A stretch of 43,098 bases of DNA from contig CBFGJV010000019.1 of NCBI GenBank assembly GCA_965649205.1, positions 1 through 43,098 of the forward strand. Direction: 5' to 3'. Position 1 is the first letter of the stretch, and every line of letters begins with the position of its first letter. Made by a program: the position numbers and the translations under genes. This stretch comes from a candidate division WOR-3 bacterium (lineage in GTDB: Bacteria > Hydrothermota > Tepidihabitantia > Tepidihabitantales > Tepidihabitantaceae). The notes beneath the pieces were generated by a model. That model saw only the letters and a program-made list of their open reading frames with translations. It searched no databases and was not told the origin of the DNA. Shown in pieces: positions 19,292-27,880 of this stretch.

Positions 19292-19800
19292 CGGCGGATA
19301 CTTGACTCCTTGTGTCCAAATAGCTCGGCATCGCTCAGTTTGATGCGGGCCGAACGTATGCTGTTGAATTTTAGAGTTGTTTCTACGGTTTCCTTCTTTT
19401 CTGTTGTCGGTACTGGGGATCTGTTTTTCTTTTCGACAGCCATGACTATTTGCTGTTCGTCGGAGCGGAGCAGAACTCCCTCCAAGGTTTCTGTGGCAGT
19501 GCGCACCACTAGGCGCTTTCCTACGGCCGCGGCGTAGTCTGCTGGCCGATAGAGGTGCCGCTCTACTCCGGGTGAGGACACCTCTAACCGGTATCGGCCC
19601 GGAATCAGGTCTAGCCGGTCTAGCTCATCCGAAAGCGCACGCGAATAACGTGTACAGGTGTCTAAGGTAATTCCTGCCGGAGAATCTATAGTTACCTGCA
19701 AAGTAGAGCCTATCATTTCCAAATGGTACAATTCTACGCCCTCGCGTGCCGCTACTTCGGCCGCAAGCCTGGTTAGTGCTTCAACTACAAATCTGGCCAT
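19288..19800 (-). CDS. rimP: Ribosome maturation factor RimP
   Basis: YRLEVSSPGVER motif, directly upstream of nusA. Confidence 0.92.
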   Translation of the reverse strand: MARFVVEALTRLAAEVAAREGVELYHLEMIGSTLQVTIDSPAGITLDTCTRYSRALSDELDRLDLIPGRYRLEVSSPGVERHLYRPADYAAAVGKRLVVRTATETLEGVLLRSDEQQIVMAVEKKNRSPVPTTEKKETVETTLKFNSIRSARIKLSDAELFGHKESSIRR

Positions 19801-19806
19801 TTCGGG

Positions 19807-19834
19807 ATTATACGCTGATGTGGGAGCGAGTCAA
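19807..19834 (-). promoter_or_regulatory. Promoter for rimP-nusA-infB (leaderless)
   Basis: Minus strand TTGACT, 16 bp, TATAAT, 6 nt, ATG. Confidence 0.8.
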
Positions 19835-19962
19835 GGCGGGCTGGAGGTTGGAAGCGGGAGGGGCGAATGTGTAACAGTCGGCATTGTAACTGGTTGTGCG
19901 ACAAAGCCTTGGAACGGCTTCCCATAAGCCGTGCCTGTTTCTCGGAGACGCGGGCTCTCAGT

Positions 19963-19974
19963 GGGGGGGGGGGG
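19963..19974. repeat. G12 homopolymer
   Basis: Twelve consecutive G, ending 1 nt before the tRNA-Ala -35 box. Confidence 0.9.
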
Positions 19975-19975
19975 C

Positions 19976-20003
19976 TTGACTACAACTGTTAAACTGGTAT
20001 GCT
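19976..20003 (+). promoter_or_regulatory. Promoter for tRNA-Ala
   Basis: TTGACT, 16 bp, TATGCT with an extended -10 TG. Confidence 0.7.
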
Positions 20004-20088
20004 AGCCAAGTAACCAGCGTGGAAGTAGAAGAAGGGAAAAAGGACCAATAGGAAGTTTTTCTCTTTCTCTTCCTTCGCCTGAGTGTGC

Positions 20089-20161
20089 GGGGCTGTAGCT
20101 CAGCTGGGAGAGCATCTGCTTTGCAAGCAGAGGGTCGGCGGTTCGACTCCGCTCAGCTCCA
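20089..20161 (+). tRNA. tRNA-Ala(TGC)
   Basis: Acceptor GGGGCTG/CAGCTCC with G3:U70, anticodon arm TCTGC-TTTGCAA-GCAGA, GTTCGACTCC; CCA not encoded. Confidence 0.97.
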
Positions 20162-20238
20162 TACCGTTTTTCGAGTCGGCTGTTTGTAGCGGCTTTTCCG
20201 TTAAAAGTTAGTACGCGGATGCCTGTGTATGTATCACG

Positions 20239-22386
20239 CTATCTTAACAAAATGCGGGCATCTAGTACCAGCGCACCTTTGTTCTGTTCGTAAACAAGCA
20301 GGGGGTTTATATCTATTTCGTCAAAGTCCGGAAAGTCGGTTACCAGTTGAGACAGTCGCTGGAGACATTCCTTTATCTTGGGCACATCTCTTGGTGGTTC
20401 GCCTCTGAAACCTTGCAGGATTTTGGCTGCCTTGATGCCACCTACCATCGATTCGGCCGAGAGGTCGTTGATGGGGGCGATACGGAAAGTAACGTCTTTT
20501 AGAACTTCTACCAGAATTCCACCTAGTCCGAACATGAGAATAGGACCGAAGGATGGGTCGCGTTTCATGCCGAGGATTGTTTCCGTGCCCTCGGGTGCCA
20601 TCTGTTGGACGAGGATGCCCCAGATATCTGCATCTGGTTTTCTAGTTTTGACCGTTTCCAACAAAGAGGTATATGCCTGACGTAAGTCAGCTTCATTTCT
20701 GATTCCTACTTTGACTCCGCCGAACTCGGTTTTATGCAGGATGTCAGGCGAGACGATTTTTAGTACCACAGGATAGCCTATTTTCTTGGCGGCGTCGAGG
20801 GCTTCTTCCAAATTCGCGCTCAGGTGCATAGGGGGAGCGGGTAGGCCGTAGGCAGCCAGTATCCGATGGCCCTCCGGTTCGGAGACAAAGCTGGCAGGAC
20901 GGGGACGAGAGGTGGGAGACTGACCGGAACGAATCTGGGAGAGAAGTTTCTTTACTACGGCCGGTTTCACATCCGGGAAGCGTATTACTTCGCCCTGGGG
21001 GCGACGGCTCCACGTGCCATACTCGGCCATTGCTGCCAAAGCTCGGGCGGCATTTTCCGGAAACTGATAATGAGGTATCCGGTCTTGGAGCAGCGCTCGG
21101 CGAATGTCTGCCGAATCGCCCATGGTTTGAATGCAGGCTAGAATCGGTTTATCCGATTTGCGCCCCACTTCGGCGATGATGGAGGCAATGTCTACAGCTT
21201 CCGCCATTAGGGTCGGTGTCCATATTGGAATGAGTCCGTCCACGTTTTCGTCTTGTACGAGCAATTCGAATGCGGCTCGATAGCGCTTTTCGTCCGCGTC
21301 TCCGATTACGTCTACTGGATTAGCAATAGAAGCCGTCGGAGGCAGGTGTTTCTTGAGTTCGTTTTTGGTTCGTTCGCTGAGCTGGGCCAGTTCCAACCCA
21401 TTGCGCACGCAGGCGTCGGTTGCCATTATACCCACGCCGCCGGCATTGGTGAGAATGGCTACCCGCCGACCTTTGGGTACAGGCTGGTAGTCCAGTGCTG
21501 CGGCTTTAGCGAAAAGCTCGTTGATGGTGTCAACCCGCAGAATCCGGGCCTGAGCGAAGAAGGCATCGTAGGCAGCATCAGAGCCTGCTAGGGCGCCGGT
21601 GTGGGAAGAAGCAGCTCTTGCTCCTTCGGTGGTGCGACCAGCTTTTATGGCCAGAATCGGTTTGGGTCGGGTGGGGTGCGAGGTGGTTTCGCGAGCGATG
21701 CGCATGAACTCAGGCGGGTTTACCAAGTCCTCAAGATACAGGGCTATTACATTAGTTTCCTCGTCGTCTTTCAGATATTCCAGCAAGTCGCATTCGTTTA
21801 CGTCGGCTTTGTTGCCGATGGAGATGAACTTCGATAGTCCCACTTCTTCCGCTTCTGCGTATTCCAGAGCATTAACACCTATGGCGCCGGACTGCGATAC
21901 GAGGGCAATAGAACCGTGACCCGGCATGACCCGACCAAACGTGGCATTCAAGCTGACTCCGGGCGATGTATTTATCATTCCGAAGCAGTTTGGGCCTATG
22001 AGCCGAATGCCGAAGGAACGAGCTCTGTCTCGGACCGCCTGTTCCAAGGCAGCACCAGTGGGGCCCAGTTCTTTGAACCCGGCGGATATGACGATGGCGC
22101 CTTTTACTTTCTTTTGACCACACTCGGCCAGAACCGCCGGAACGGCTAGTGCCGGCACGATGAGTATGGCGAGGTCAATTGTATCTTCTATGTCCCGGAT
22201 GCTCGGATAAGCTTTGACGCCCAGTACGCTCTTGGCTTTCATATTTACCGGGTAGACCACGCCTTTGTATCCGTTCATCAAGATGTTGCGAAACAGCGCG
22301 TGGCCGACCGTGCCTTCGTGCGTAGAAGCTCCTATTACGGCTACAGAATTGGGTCGGAAAATGAAATCAAGATTACTTTGACTCAT
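20239..22386 (-). CDS. ADP-forming acetate/acyl-CoA ligase, fused alpha-beta (AcdAB family)
   Basis: PNSVAVIGAS, IGPNCFG, SQSGA, ASSHTG (phospho-His), TNAGG, NPVD, ATP-grasp VLKIVSPDILHKTE, DINPL. Confidence 0.9.
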   Translation of the reverse strand: MSQSNLDFIFRPNSVAVIGASTHEGTVGHALFRNILMNGYKGVVYPVNMKAKSVLGVKAYPSIRDIEDTIDLAILIVPALAVPAVLAECGQKKVKGAIVISAGFKELGPTGAALEQAVRDRARSFGIRLIGPNCFGMINTSPGVSLNATFGRVMPGHGSIALVSQSGAIGVNALEYAEAEEVGLSKFISIGNKADVNECDLLEYLKDDEETNVIALYLEDLVNPPEFMRIARETTSHPTRPKPILAIKAGRTTEGARAASSHTGALAGSDAAYDAFFAQARILRVDTINELFAKAAALDYQPVPKGRRVAILTNAGGVGIMATDACVRNGLELAQLSERTKNELKKHLPPTASIANPVDVIGDADEKRYRAAFELLVQDENVDGLIPIWTPTLMAEAVDIASIIAEVGRKSDKPILACIQTMGDSADIRRALLQDRIPHYQFPENAARALAAMAEYGTWSRRPQGEVIRFPDVKPAVVKKLLSQIRSGQSPTSRPRPASFVSEPEGHRILAAYGLPAPPMHLSANLEEALDAAKKIGYPVVLKIVSPDILHKTEFGGVKVGIRNEADLRQAYTSLLETVKTRKPDADIWGILVQQMAPEGTETILGMKRDPSFGPILMFGLGGILVEVLKDVTFRIAPINDLSAESMVGGIKAAKILQGFRGEPPRDVPKIKECLQRLSQLVTDFPDFDEIDINPLLVYEQNKGALVLDARILLR

Positions 22387-24235
22387 CTCTAAACCTCATG
22401 GTCATGGTATAGACGCCATCTTCCCATTTAGTTTCGATAGGAAGCCCGGTTTTGGTCATAAGGCGATAGGCGCGGGTATTGGTATCTAGCACATAACCGA
22501 CAAAACCCTTCACGCCCTTCATTTTGGCGATCCTTATCAGATGGTTGAAGAGGAGAGTGCCGATGCCCCGGTTCTGGTAATCGTCCTGTACTTCTATCGC
22601 GTATTCGGCCAAGCCGGTGGATTTGTCCACATAATAGCGTGCCGAAGCGATGATTTTCTCTTCGCCCATATGGCGGATTACGCCGACTATGGCCATTTCA
22701 GATTCGTAGTCAACATTCACGAACTTCGACAGCTTTTCGTGCGGCATTGCCTTCAGATAAGAGAAGAAACGATAGAAGACAGTATCTTTGGAGAAGGAGT
22801 AGAACAATTCGCGCATTTGGGGTTCGTCGGTCGGCTTTATGGGCCGGATGTAGAGTGTCGTACCATCACTTAGAGTACAGCGCGTTTCAAATTCTTCCGG
22901 ATAGCGAGCGTGAACCAGCGGCAGTTCGGGTTGGTCGGCATAGATATAGTGTTTCTCCTTGGCCAGTTTGAACAGTTCGGAGCGGAATTTGGGGTGAGCG
23001 ATGGAGATAAGCGCGAGGGCTCTTTCTCTGATGGTTTTTCCGTGCAGGTAGGCAACACCCCATTCTGTTACCACATAATGGACGTCGCCCCGGGAGGTAA
23101 CGACGCCTGCGCCTTCGGTAAGAGTTGGTACAATACGGGAAAAACGGTCGTTGTCGCGCGTGGAGCGCAGTACGATAATGGCTTTGCCGTCGCGAGAGCG
23201 GGCTGCTCCACGTACAAAGTCAACCTGCCCGCCAATGCCGGAATAGAAGCGGTAGCCGACTGAATCAGCACATACCTGTCCGGTGAGGTCCACTTCCAGG
23301 GCTGAGTTTATTGATACCATCTTGTCGTTCTGGGCGATGACGAAAGGGTCGTTGGTGTAGTCTACCGGGTGAAATTCGAACATGGGGTTGTTGTCTATGT
23401 AACGGAACAGGCGCTGAGAACCCATGGCAAAAGAGGCTATGACTTTTCCCGGGTGTAATGTTTTCTTGCGGCAGTTGATGACTCCGGCCTCAATCAGGTC
23501 TATGGTGGAGTCGGAAAAAACCTCTGTGTGCACGCCCAAGTCCTTTTTGTCTTTCAGGTACGAGAGTAGGGCATTGGGAATGCCGCCATAGCCTACTTGA
23601 ATACAGGAACCGTCTTCAATCAGGTCGGCGGCATTCTTGGCAATACGGCGGACAACTTCGCTTTCTCCGGGGGTTACAAATTCGTATAGCGGGGCGTCGT
23701 TTTCCACCAGGGCATGAATGCGCGAGATGTGGATGAAGGAATCGCCCAGAGTGCGGGGCATCTGCGGATTGACTTCTGCTATCACATAGCGCGCGCTTTC
23801 CGCGGCCGGTTTGGTGATGTCCACAGAAACGCCAAAGGAGCAGAAGCCGTGTTCGTCTGGCGGAGTAACATGAATCAGGGCCACGTCCAACGGGAGTCGT
23901 CCACTACGAAACAGTGCTGGAATTTCAGAAAGGAACATAGGGGTATAGTCGGCCCTGCCTTCCCACACTGCGGGACGGATGTTCGCAGATATGAAGAAAG
24001 CGTTGGCTCGGTAGCGAGTAGCCAGTGTTTCCTGTGCATAGGGTGCTACTCCGAGAGTGAGCAGGTGGACTATCTCCACGTCTTCTATGGGTCTATTTGC
24101 TAAAGCCTGCACCAGCTTCTGGGGGGTGCCACAGGCCGAACCGATGAACACGCGGTCTCCCGGATTCAGTACTTCCAACGCTTGTTCTGCAGTTTTCAGC
24201 TTACTTTTGTATTTCTCTTTCCAGTTAGTATTCAC
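22373..24235 (-). CDS. Acetyl-CoA hydrolase/CoA-transferase fused to C-terminal GNAT acetyltransferase
   Basis: HTEVFSD, SINSALEVDLTGQV, SGIGGQVDF, VVTEWGVA, IAHPKFR; C-terminal IRPIKPTD...YQNRGIG GNAT; RBS GGAGG. Confidence 0.9.
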   Translation of the reverse strand: MNTNWKEKYKSKLKTAEQALEVLNPGDRVFIGSACGTPQKLVQALANRPIEDVEIVHLLTLGVAPYAQETLATRYRANAFFISANIRPAVWEGRADYTPMFLSEIPALFRSGRLPLDVALIHVTPPDEHGFCSFGVSVDITKPAAESARYVIAEVNPQMPRTLGDSFIHISRIHALVENDAPLYEFVTPGESEVVRRIAKNAADLIEDGSCIQVGYGGIPNALLSYLKDKKDLGVHTEVFSDSTIDLIEAGVINCRKKTLHPGKVIASFAMGSQRLFRYIDNNPMFEFHPVDYTNDPFVIAQNDKMVSINSALEVDLTGQVCADSVGYRFYSGIGGQVDFVRGAARSRDGKAIIVLRSTRDNDRFSRIVPTLTEGAGVVTSRGDVHYVVTEWGVAYLHGKTIRERALALISIAHPKFRSELFKLAKEKHYIYADQPELPLVHARYPEEFETRCTLSDGTTLYIRPIKPTDEPQMRELFYSFSKDTVFYRFFSYLKAMPHEKLSKFVNVDYESEMAIVGVIRHMGEEKIIASARYYVDKSTGLAEYAIEVQDDYQNRGIGTLLFNHLIRIAKMKGVKGFVGYVLDTNTRAYRLMTKTGLPIETKWEDGVYTMTMRFRDESK

Positions 24236-24265
24236 AGAATCCTCCGTCTAATTATATCGCCGGGT

Positions 24266-25111
24266 CTATGGCTTTTGTTCCGCCACAGGCTCAAAACTAT
24301 AGCGCTCGCCGTCTCTGTGGATGTAGCCGGCAGCTACATCAGGGTCATGTCCGAGAAAGCAGAGCCAGTGTTCGTCCACGGCTTGATTTACCAACCTTTC
24401 CTTTTGCTCCATCGTCACAAGCGGATATAGGTCGAAGCCCATAACATAGGGGGTAGCAATGTGACTACGGGTAGGAATGATGTCCGACCAGTACACGGCC
24501 GTTTTGTCTTGAGATTTGATACGGACAATCTGCAGACCGCGCGTATGTCCGCCGACTTGCAGTAACTCTACGCCGGGCAGAAGGAAGGTGGAGCCATCCA
24601 GCAAATCCAGCTGCTCAGATTCCGCAAGGGGGACGAAGTTTATGGGCAGATAAGAAGAACGGGAGCGGCGGTTGGGAGCATTGGCATCTTCCCATTCGGC
24701 TCGTTGTACCAGATAGCGAGCACGGGGGAAGGTGGGTACGGGCTGGCCGTCTCGCAGTCGGGTAGCGCCGCCCGCGTGGTCGAAGTGCAGATGGGTGAGA
24801 ACGACGTGGGTGATGTCTTCGGGCCGAAATCCGGCACGTGCTAGCGATGATTCCAGCGTGTCTGTATGCTCGATGCGGTATATGTCCGCCCATTTGGGAT
24901 CGAGTTTGTCTCCGATGCCTGTATCCACCAGAATTCGAGCTTCTGAAGTGACGATGAGCAGAGGTCGCAGCGCCATCTTAATGCGATTGCGTTCGTCCGG
25001 CGGGTTAGTCTTTGCCCAAAGGGGCCGGGGCACTACGCCAAACATGGCTCCTCCGTCGAGTCCAAAGTACCCGTCGGATAAGGAAAAGAGTGTGAATTCG
25101 CCGAGTTTCAA
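24266..25111 (-). CDS. MBL-fold metallo-hydrolase (YtnP/AHL-lactonase-like)
   Basis: LDGGAMFGVVP, THLHFDHAGG, GGHTRG, HDP; start set at TTG 25111. Confidence 0.9.
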   Translation of the reverse strand: MKLGEFTLFSLSDGYFGLDGGAMFGVVPRPLWAKTNPPDERNRIKMALRPLLIVTSEARILVDTGIGDKLDPKWADIYRIEHTDTLESSLARAGFRPEDITHVVLTHLHFDHAGGATRLRDGQPVPTFPRARYLVQRAEWEDANAPNRRSRSSYLPINFVPLAESEQLDLLDGSTFLLPGVELLQVGGHTRGLQIVRIKSQDKTAVYWSDIIPTRSHIATPYVMGFDLYPLVTMEQKERLVNQAVDEHWLCFLGHDPDVAAGYIHRDGERYSFEPVAEQKP

Positions 25112-25119
25112 GAAACGCA

Positions 25120-25147
25120 ATTCTAGAACCTGTCGGCTAGAAGTCAA
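25120..25147 (-). promoter_or_regulatory. Promoter for MBL/CoA-transferase-GNAT/ligase operon
   Basis: Minus strand TTGACT, 16 bp, TAGAAT, 8 nt, TTG. Confidence 0.72.
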
Positions 25148-25625
25148 GAACCAGAATAGCAAGATGCGGGTTTCATAAAAGACGATTTGAGGGCCGGACA
25201 GAGAAGAGCAGGGAAAAGGCGTTGTAGGTTAGCGCGGGATGCGTGGTTCTGCACTTCTTGGGGAAGAGCGGTTTAAACCACAGGCTAATCCGGAAGGTTG
25301 AATAAGGAGAGGGCTGGCCATTTTCTGGCTACGAGAGAGTCTGCGTTTTTGAATGTTAGAGTAGCATCGTCAATTGGGGTGGGTGGGGGCTAATAGTGTC
25401 TGGTTGTACTCTTATGTGTACCTGGGGCAGATTGACAATGGAGACGATGCTGGGAGTGGCTGGGGGAACGGTTCCCTGGGCAGGGGTCCTGTTTGTGCTA
25501 TTATTGCGTAATTGTATGATACACAAACAGTTATGGCTATATCCCAAGTCAATTGGCTTTTACCAATCTGGTGTAACGGGAAGGGGCGGAGCAAAAATAG
25601 GGGAGGGAGAGGTGTTCGGCGGGTT

Positions 25626-25653
25626 TTGACTCGGCACAGGGAGGCTATATAAT
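25626..25653 (+). promoter_or_regulatory. Promoter for hypD operon (leaderless)
   Basis: TTGACT, 16 bp, TATAAT, 6 nt, GTG. Confidence 0.8.
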
Positions 25654-25659
25654 CGGCAG

Positions 25660-26787
25660 GTGAGTTCGCCTCAGCATTTTGTCTCGGAACCGGTTCTGCT
25701 GCAGAGTCTGATTGAGCGTATTAATCGCACAGTAGACTGGCTGTGTCGGGAACGGGGGGGTCGTACTGTTAATCTTATGGAAGTGTGCGGTACACACACG
25801 ATGGCTATTTCTGCGTTTGGAATCAGACGGGCAGTTGATCAGAGGTTACGCTTATTGTCTGGGCCGGGCTGCCCGGTATGTGTTACAGCACAGGAAGATA
25901 TTGATGCTGCTATCGCTCTAGCCCAGACTCCAGGCGTGACTCTGGTGACTTTCGGAGACATGATGCGGGTGCCGGGTGCAGATGGCACTTTGGAGCAGGC
26001 ACGGGCGCGAGGAGCGGATGTGCGCGTGGTGTATTCTCCACTGGACGCAGTAGATGCGGCAGAGGCAGACCCGAGCCAAGAGTTTGTTTTCGTGGGCGTA
26101 GGGTTTGAGACTACCGCGCCAACTGTGGCTGCTGCGGTACTGATGGCTAGAAGGCGGAAGCTCAACAACTTCAGCGTATTGCCTATGTTCAAGTTGATCC
26201 CACCGGCCTTGCGGGCGATTGTGAGTTCCGCAAGGGTGCAGGTGGACGGTTTTCTTTTGCCTGGACATGTTTCTACTGTGATAGGTGCTGAGCCTTACTT
26301 TTTTCTGGCGGAGGAGTACCGCAAGCCTTGTTGTATTGCCGGGTTTGAGGCTGTGGATATAGTGCAGGGCATTCTGTTATTGCTTGAACAGTTGGCGGAG
26401 AAACGCCCGCAGGTGGCCATTCAGTATCGTCGTAGCGTCAGGGAAAGAGGGAATCCACACGCTCGAAAGTTGCTGGAAAAGGTGTTTGAACCCAGAAATG
26501 CGGCGTGGCGAGGAATGGGAACGATTCCAGGTTCTGGGCTGGGTCTGCGTGCAGAATTTTCCGGCTTTGATAGCCTAAAAAGACTAAGGAAGAGAGTGGT
26601 GAAGAGAAATAACAGAAAGCGGAGGGATAATTCGCATGCGTGTCGTTGCGGCGACGTAATGCTGGGTGCTATAGTGCCGCCGGAGTGCAGTCTGTTCGCT
26701 ACGCTTTGCACACCGGAACATCCGGTGGGACCGTGTATGGTGTCTTCAGAAGGTGCTTGCGCAGCATACTATAAGTATGAGCAGTAG
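25660..26787 (+). CDS. hypD: [NiFe]-hydrogenase maturation protein HypD
   Basis: MEVCGTHT, GPGCPVCV, GFETTAP, PGHVS, C-terminal CxC...C...C...GPCMVSSEGAC. Confidence 0.96.
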   Translation: MSSPQHFVSEPVLLQSLIERINRTVDWLCRERGGRTVNLMEVCGTHTMAISAFGIRRAVDQRLRLLSGPGCPVCVTAQEDIDAAIALAQTPGVTLVTFGDMMRVPGADGTLEQARARGADVRVVYSPLDAVDAAEADPSQEFVFVGVGFETTAPTVAAAVLMARRRKLNNFSVLPMFKLIPPALRAIVSSARVQVDGFLLPGHVSTVIGAEPYFFLAEEYRKPCCIAGFEAVDIVQGILLLLEQLAEKRPQVAIQYRRSVRERGNPHARKLLEKVFEPRNAAWRGMGTIPGSGLGLRAEFSGFDSLKRLRKRVVKRNNRKRRDNSHACRCGDVMLGAIVPPECSLFATLCTPEHPVGPCMVSSEGACAAYYKYEQ

Positions 26788-27880
26788 GTGCAGCAGGGTG
26801 GGTACGTCGGTGCAGGCCGGGGGCAGTCGGGGAAGACAGCCGCCGTACGAAGTGGGAGAGCCGGCAGATAAGTATATTGTCGTCGGCCACGGCGCCGGCG
26901 GGCGTAAGATGCGCCGCTTGATAAGCCAGGTGTTTCTGAAGCATCTGAACGGTAAGGTTCTAGCTCGGCTGGAAGATGCGGCGGTGTTTTCTTTAGCCAA
27001 CGCAGAAAAGGCGGGCTTCACTCTGGCAATGTCTACTGACTCCTACGTGGTGCAGCCTTTGTTTTTTCCAGGGGGCGACATTGGTAAGCTGGCAGTGTGT
27101 GGCACGGTGAATGACCTAGCAGTAATGGGTGCGGTGCCCAAATATCTGTCCTTGAGTTTTATTCTACGCGAGGGACTGCAACTTGAAATTCTGGAAAAAG
27201 TGTGCGCATCTATCGCCCAGACTGCCAGACTCGCCGGGGTGGATGTGGTTACAGGCGATACGAAGGTGATAGAGAGAGGGACAGACGAAGGATTATACAT
27301 AAATACTACTGGTATAGGGTTGGTTTCCAGAGGTCTGAGGCTCGGTTATGACAGGGTCAAGCCGGCGGATGTGATTATTGTCAACGGGCCCATAGGCGAG
27401 CACGAGGCGGCGGTTGCTCTGGCACGCGGTGTCTATCGCTTTAGGAGCAGGGTGGCCACTGACTGTGCTCCTTTGCATCGGCTTATCACGCGACTCCTGC
27501 GGGTGGGTGGAATCAAGTTGATGCGTGATCCTACCCGGGGAGGTTTAGCTACCACTCTGGTTGAGTTTGCAGATGCTACGGGACTGGGTTTTGTAATTAA
27601 CGAAGCGGACGTACCCGTTAGCCCTCAAGTGCGGGCGGTGGCAGATTTGCTGGGTCTCGACACACTGTATATGGCGAATGAAGGAAAGGTAGTCATAGTT
27701 GCAGCGCCGGAAAAAGCAGCGAGTCTAATAAAACTGATGCGTCAGGATGAGAATGGCCGCCAGGCCGCAATAATTGGCAGCGTAGAGAAGGAACAGTCAG
27801 GGGTATGGTTACGGACCAGAACTGGTTCCTTGCGCCGACTGATAATGCTGGAGGCAGAGCAACTTCCACGAATATGTTGA
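26777..27880 (+). CDS. hypE: Hydrogenase maturation protein HypE
   Basis: HGAGG, DSYVVQPLFFPGGDIGKLAVCGTVNDL, GDTK, RDPTRGG, ANEG, C-terminal PRIC; start ATG 26777 or GTG 26852. Confidence 0.95.
   Translation: MSSRCSRVGTSVQAGGSRGRQPPYEVGEPADKYIVVGHGAGGRKMRRLISQVFLKHLNGKVLARLEDAAVFSLANAEKAGFTLAMSTDSYVVQPLFFPGGDIGKLAVCGTVNDLAVMGAVPKYLSLSFILREGLQLEILEKVCASIAQTARLAGVDVVTGDTKVIERGTDEGLYINTTGIGLVSRGLRLGYDRVKPADVIIVNGPIGEHEAAVALARGVYRFRSRVATDCAPLHRLITRLLRVGGIKLMRDPTRGGLATTLVEFADATGLGFVINEADVPVSPQVRAVADLLGLDTLYMANEGKVVIVAAPEKAASLIKLMRQDENGRQAAIIGSVEKEQSGVWLRTRTGSLRRLIMLEAEQLPRIC

Noticed and set aside
25396..25629. 77-aa ORF upstream of hypD as hypC
   Set aside because: Lacks the MCLxxP N-terminus and OB-fold pattern, and runs into the hypD promoter
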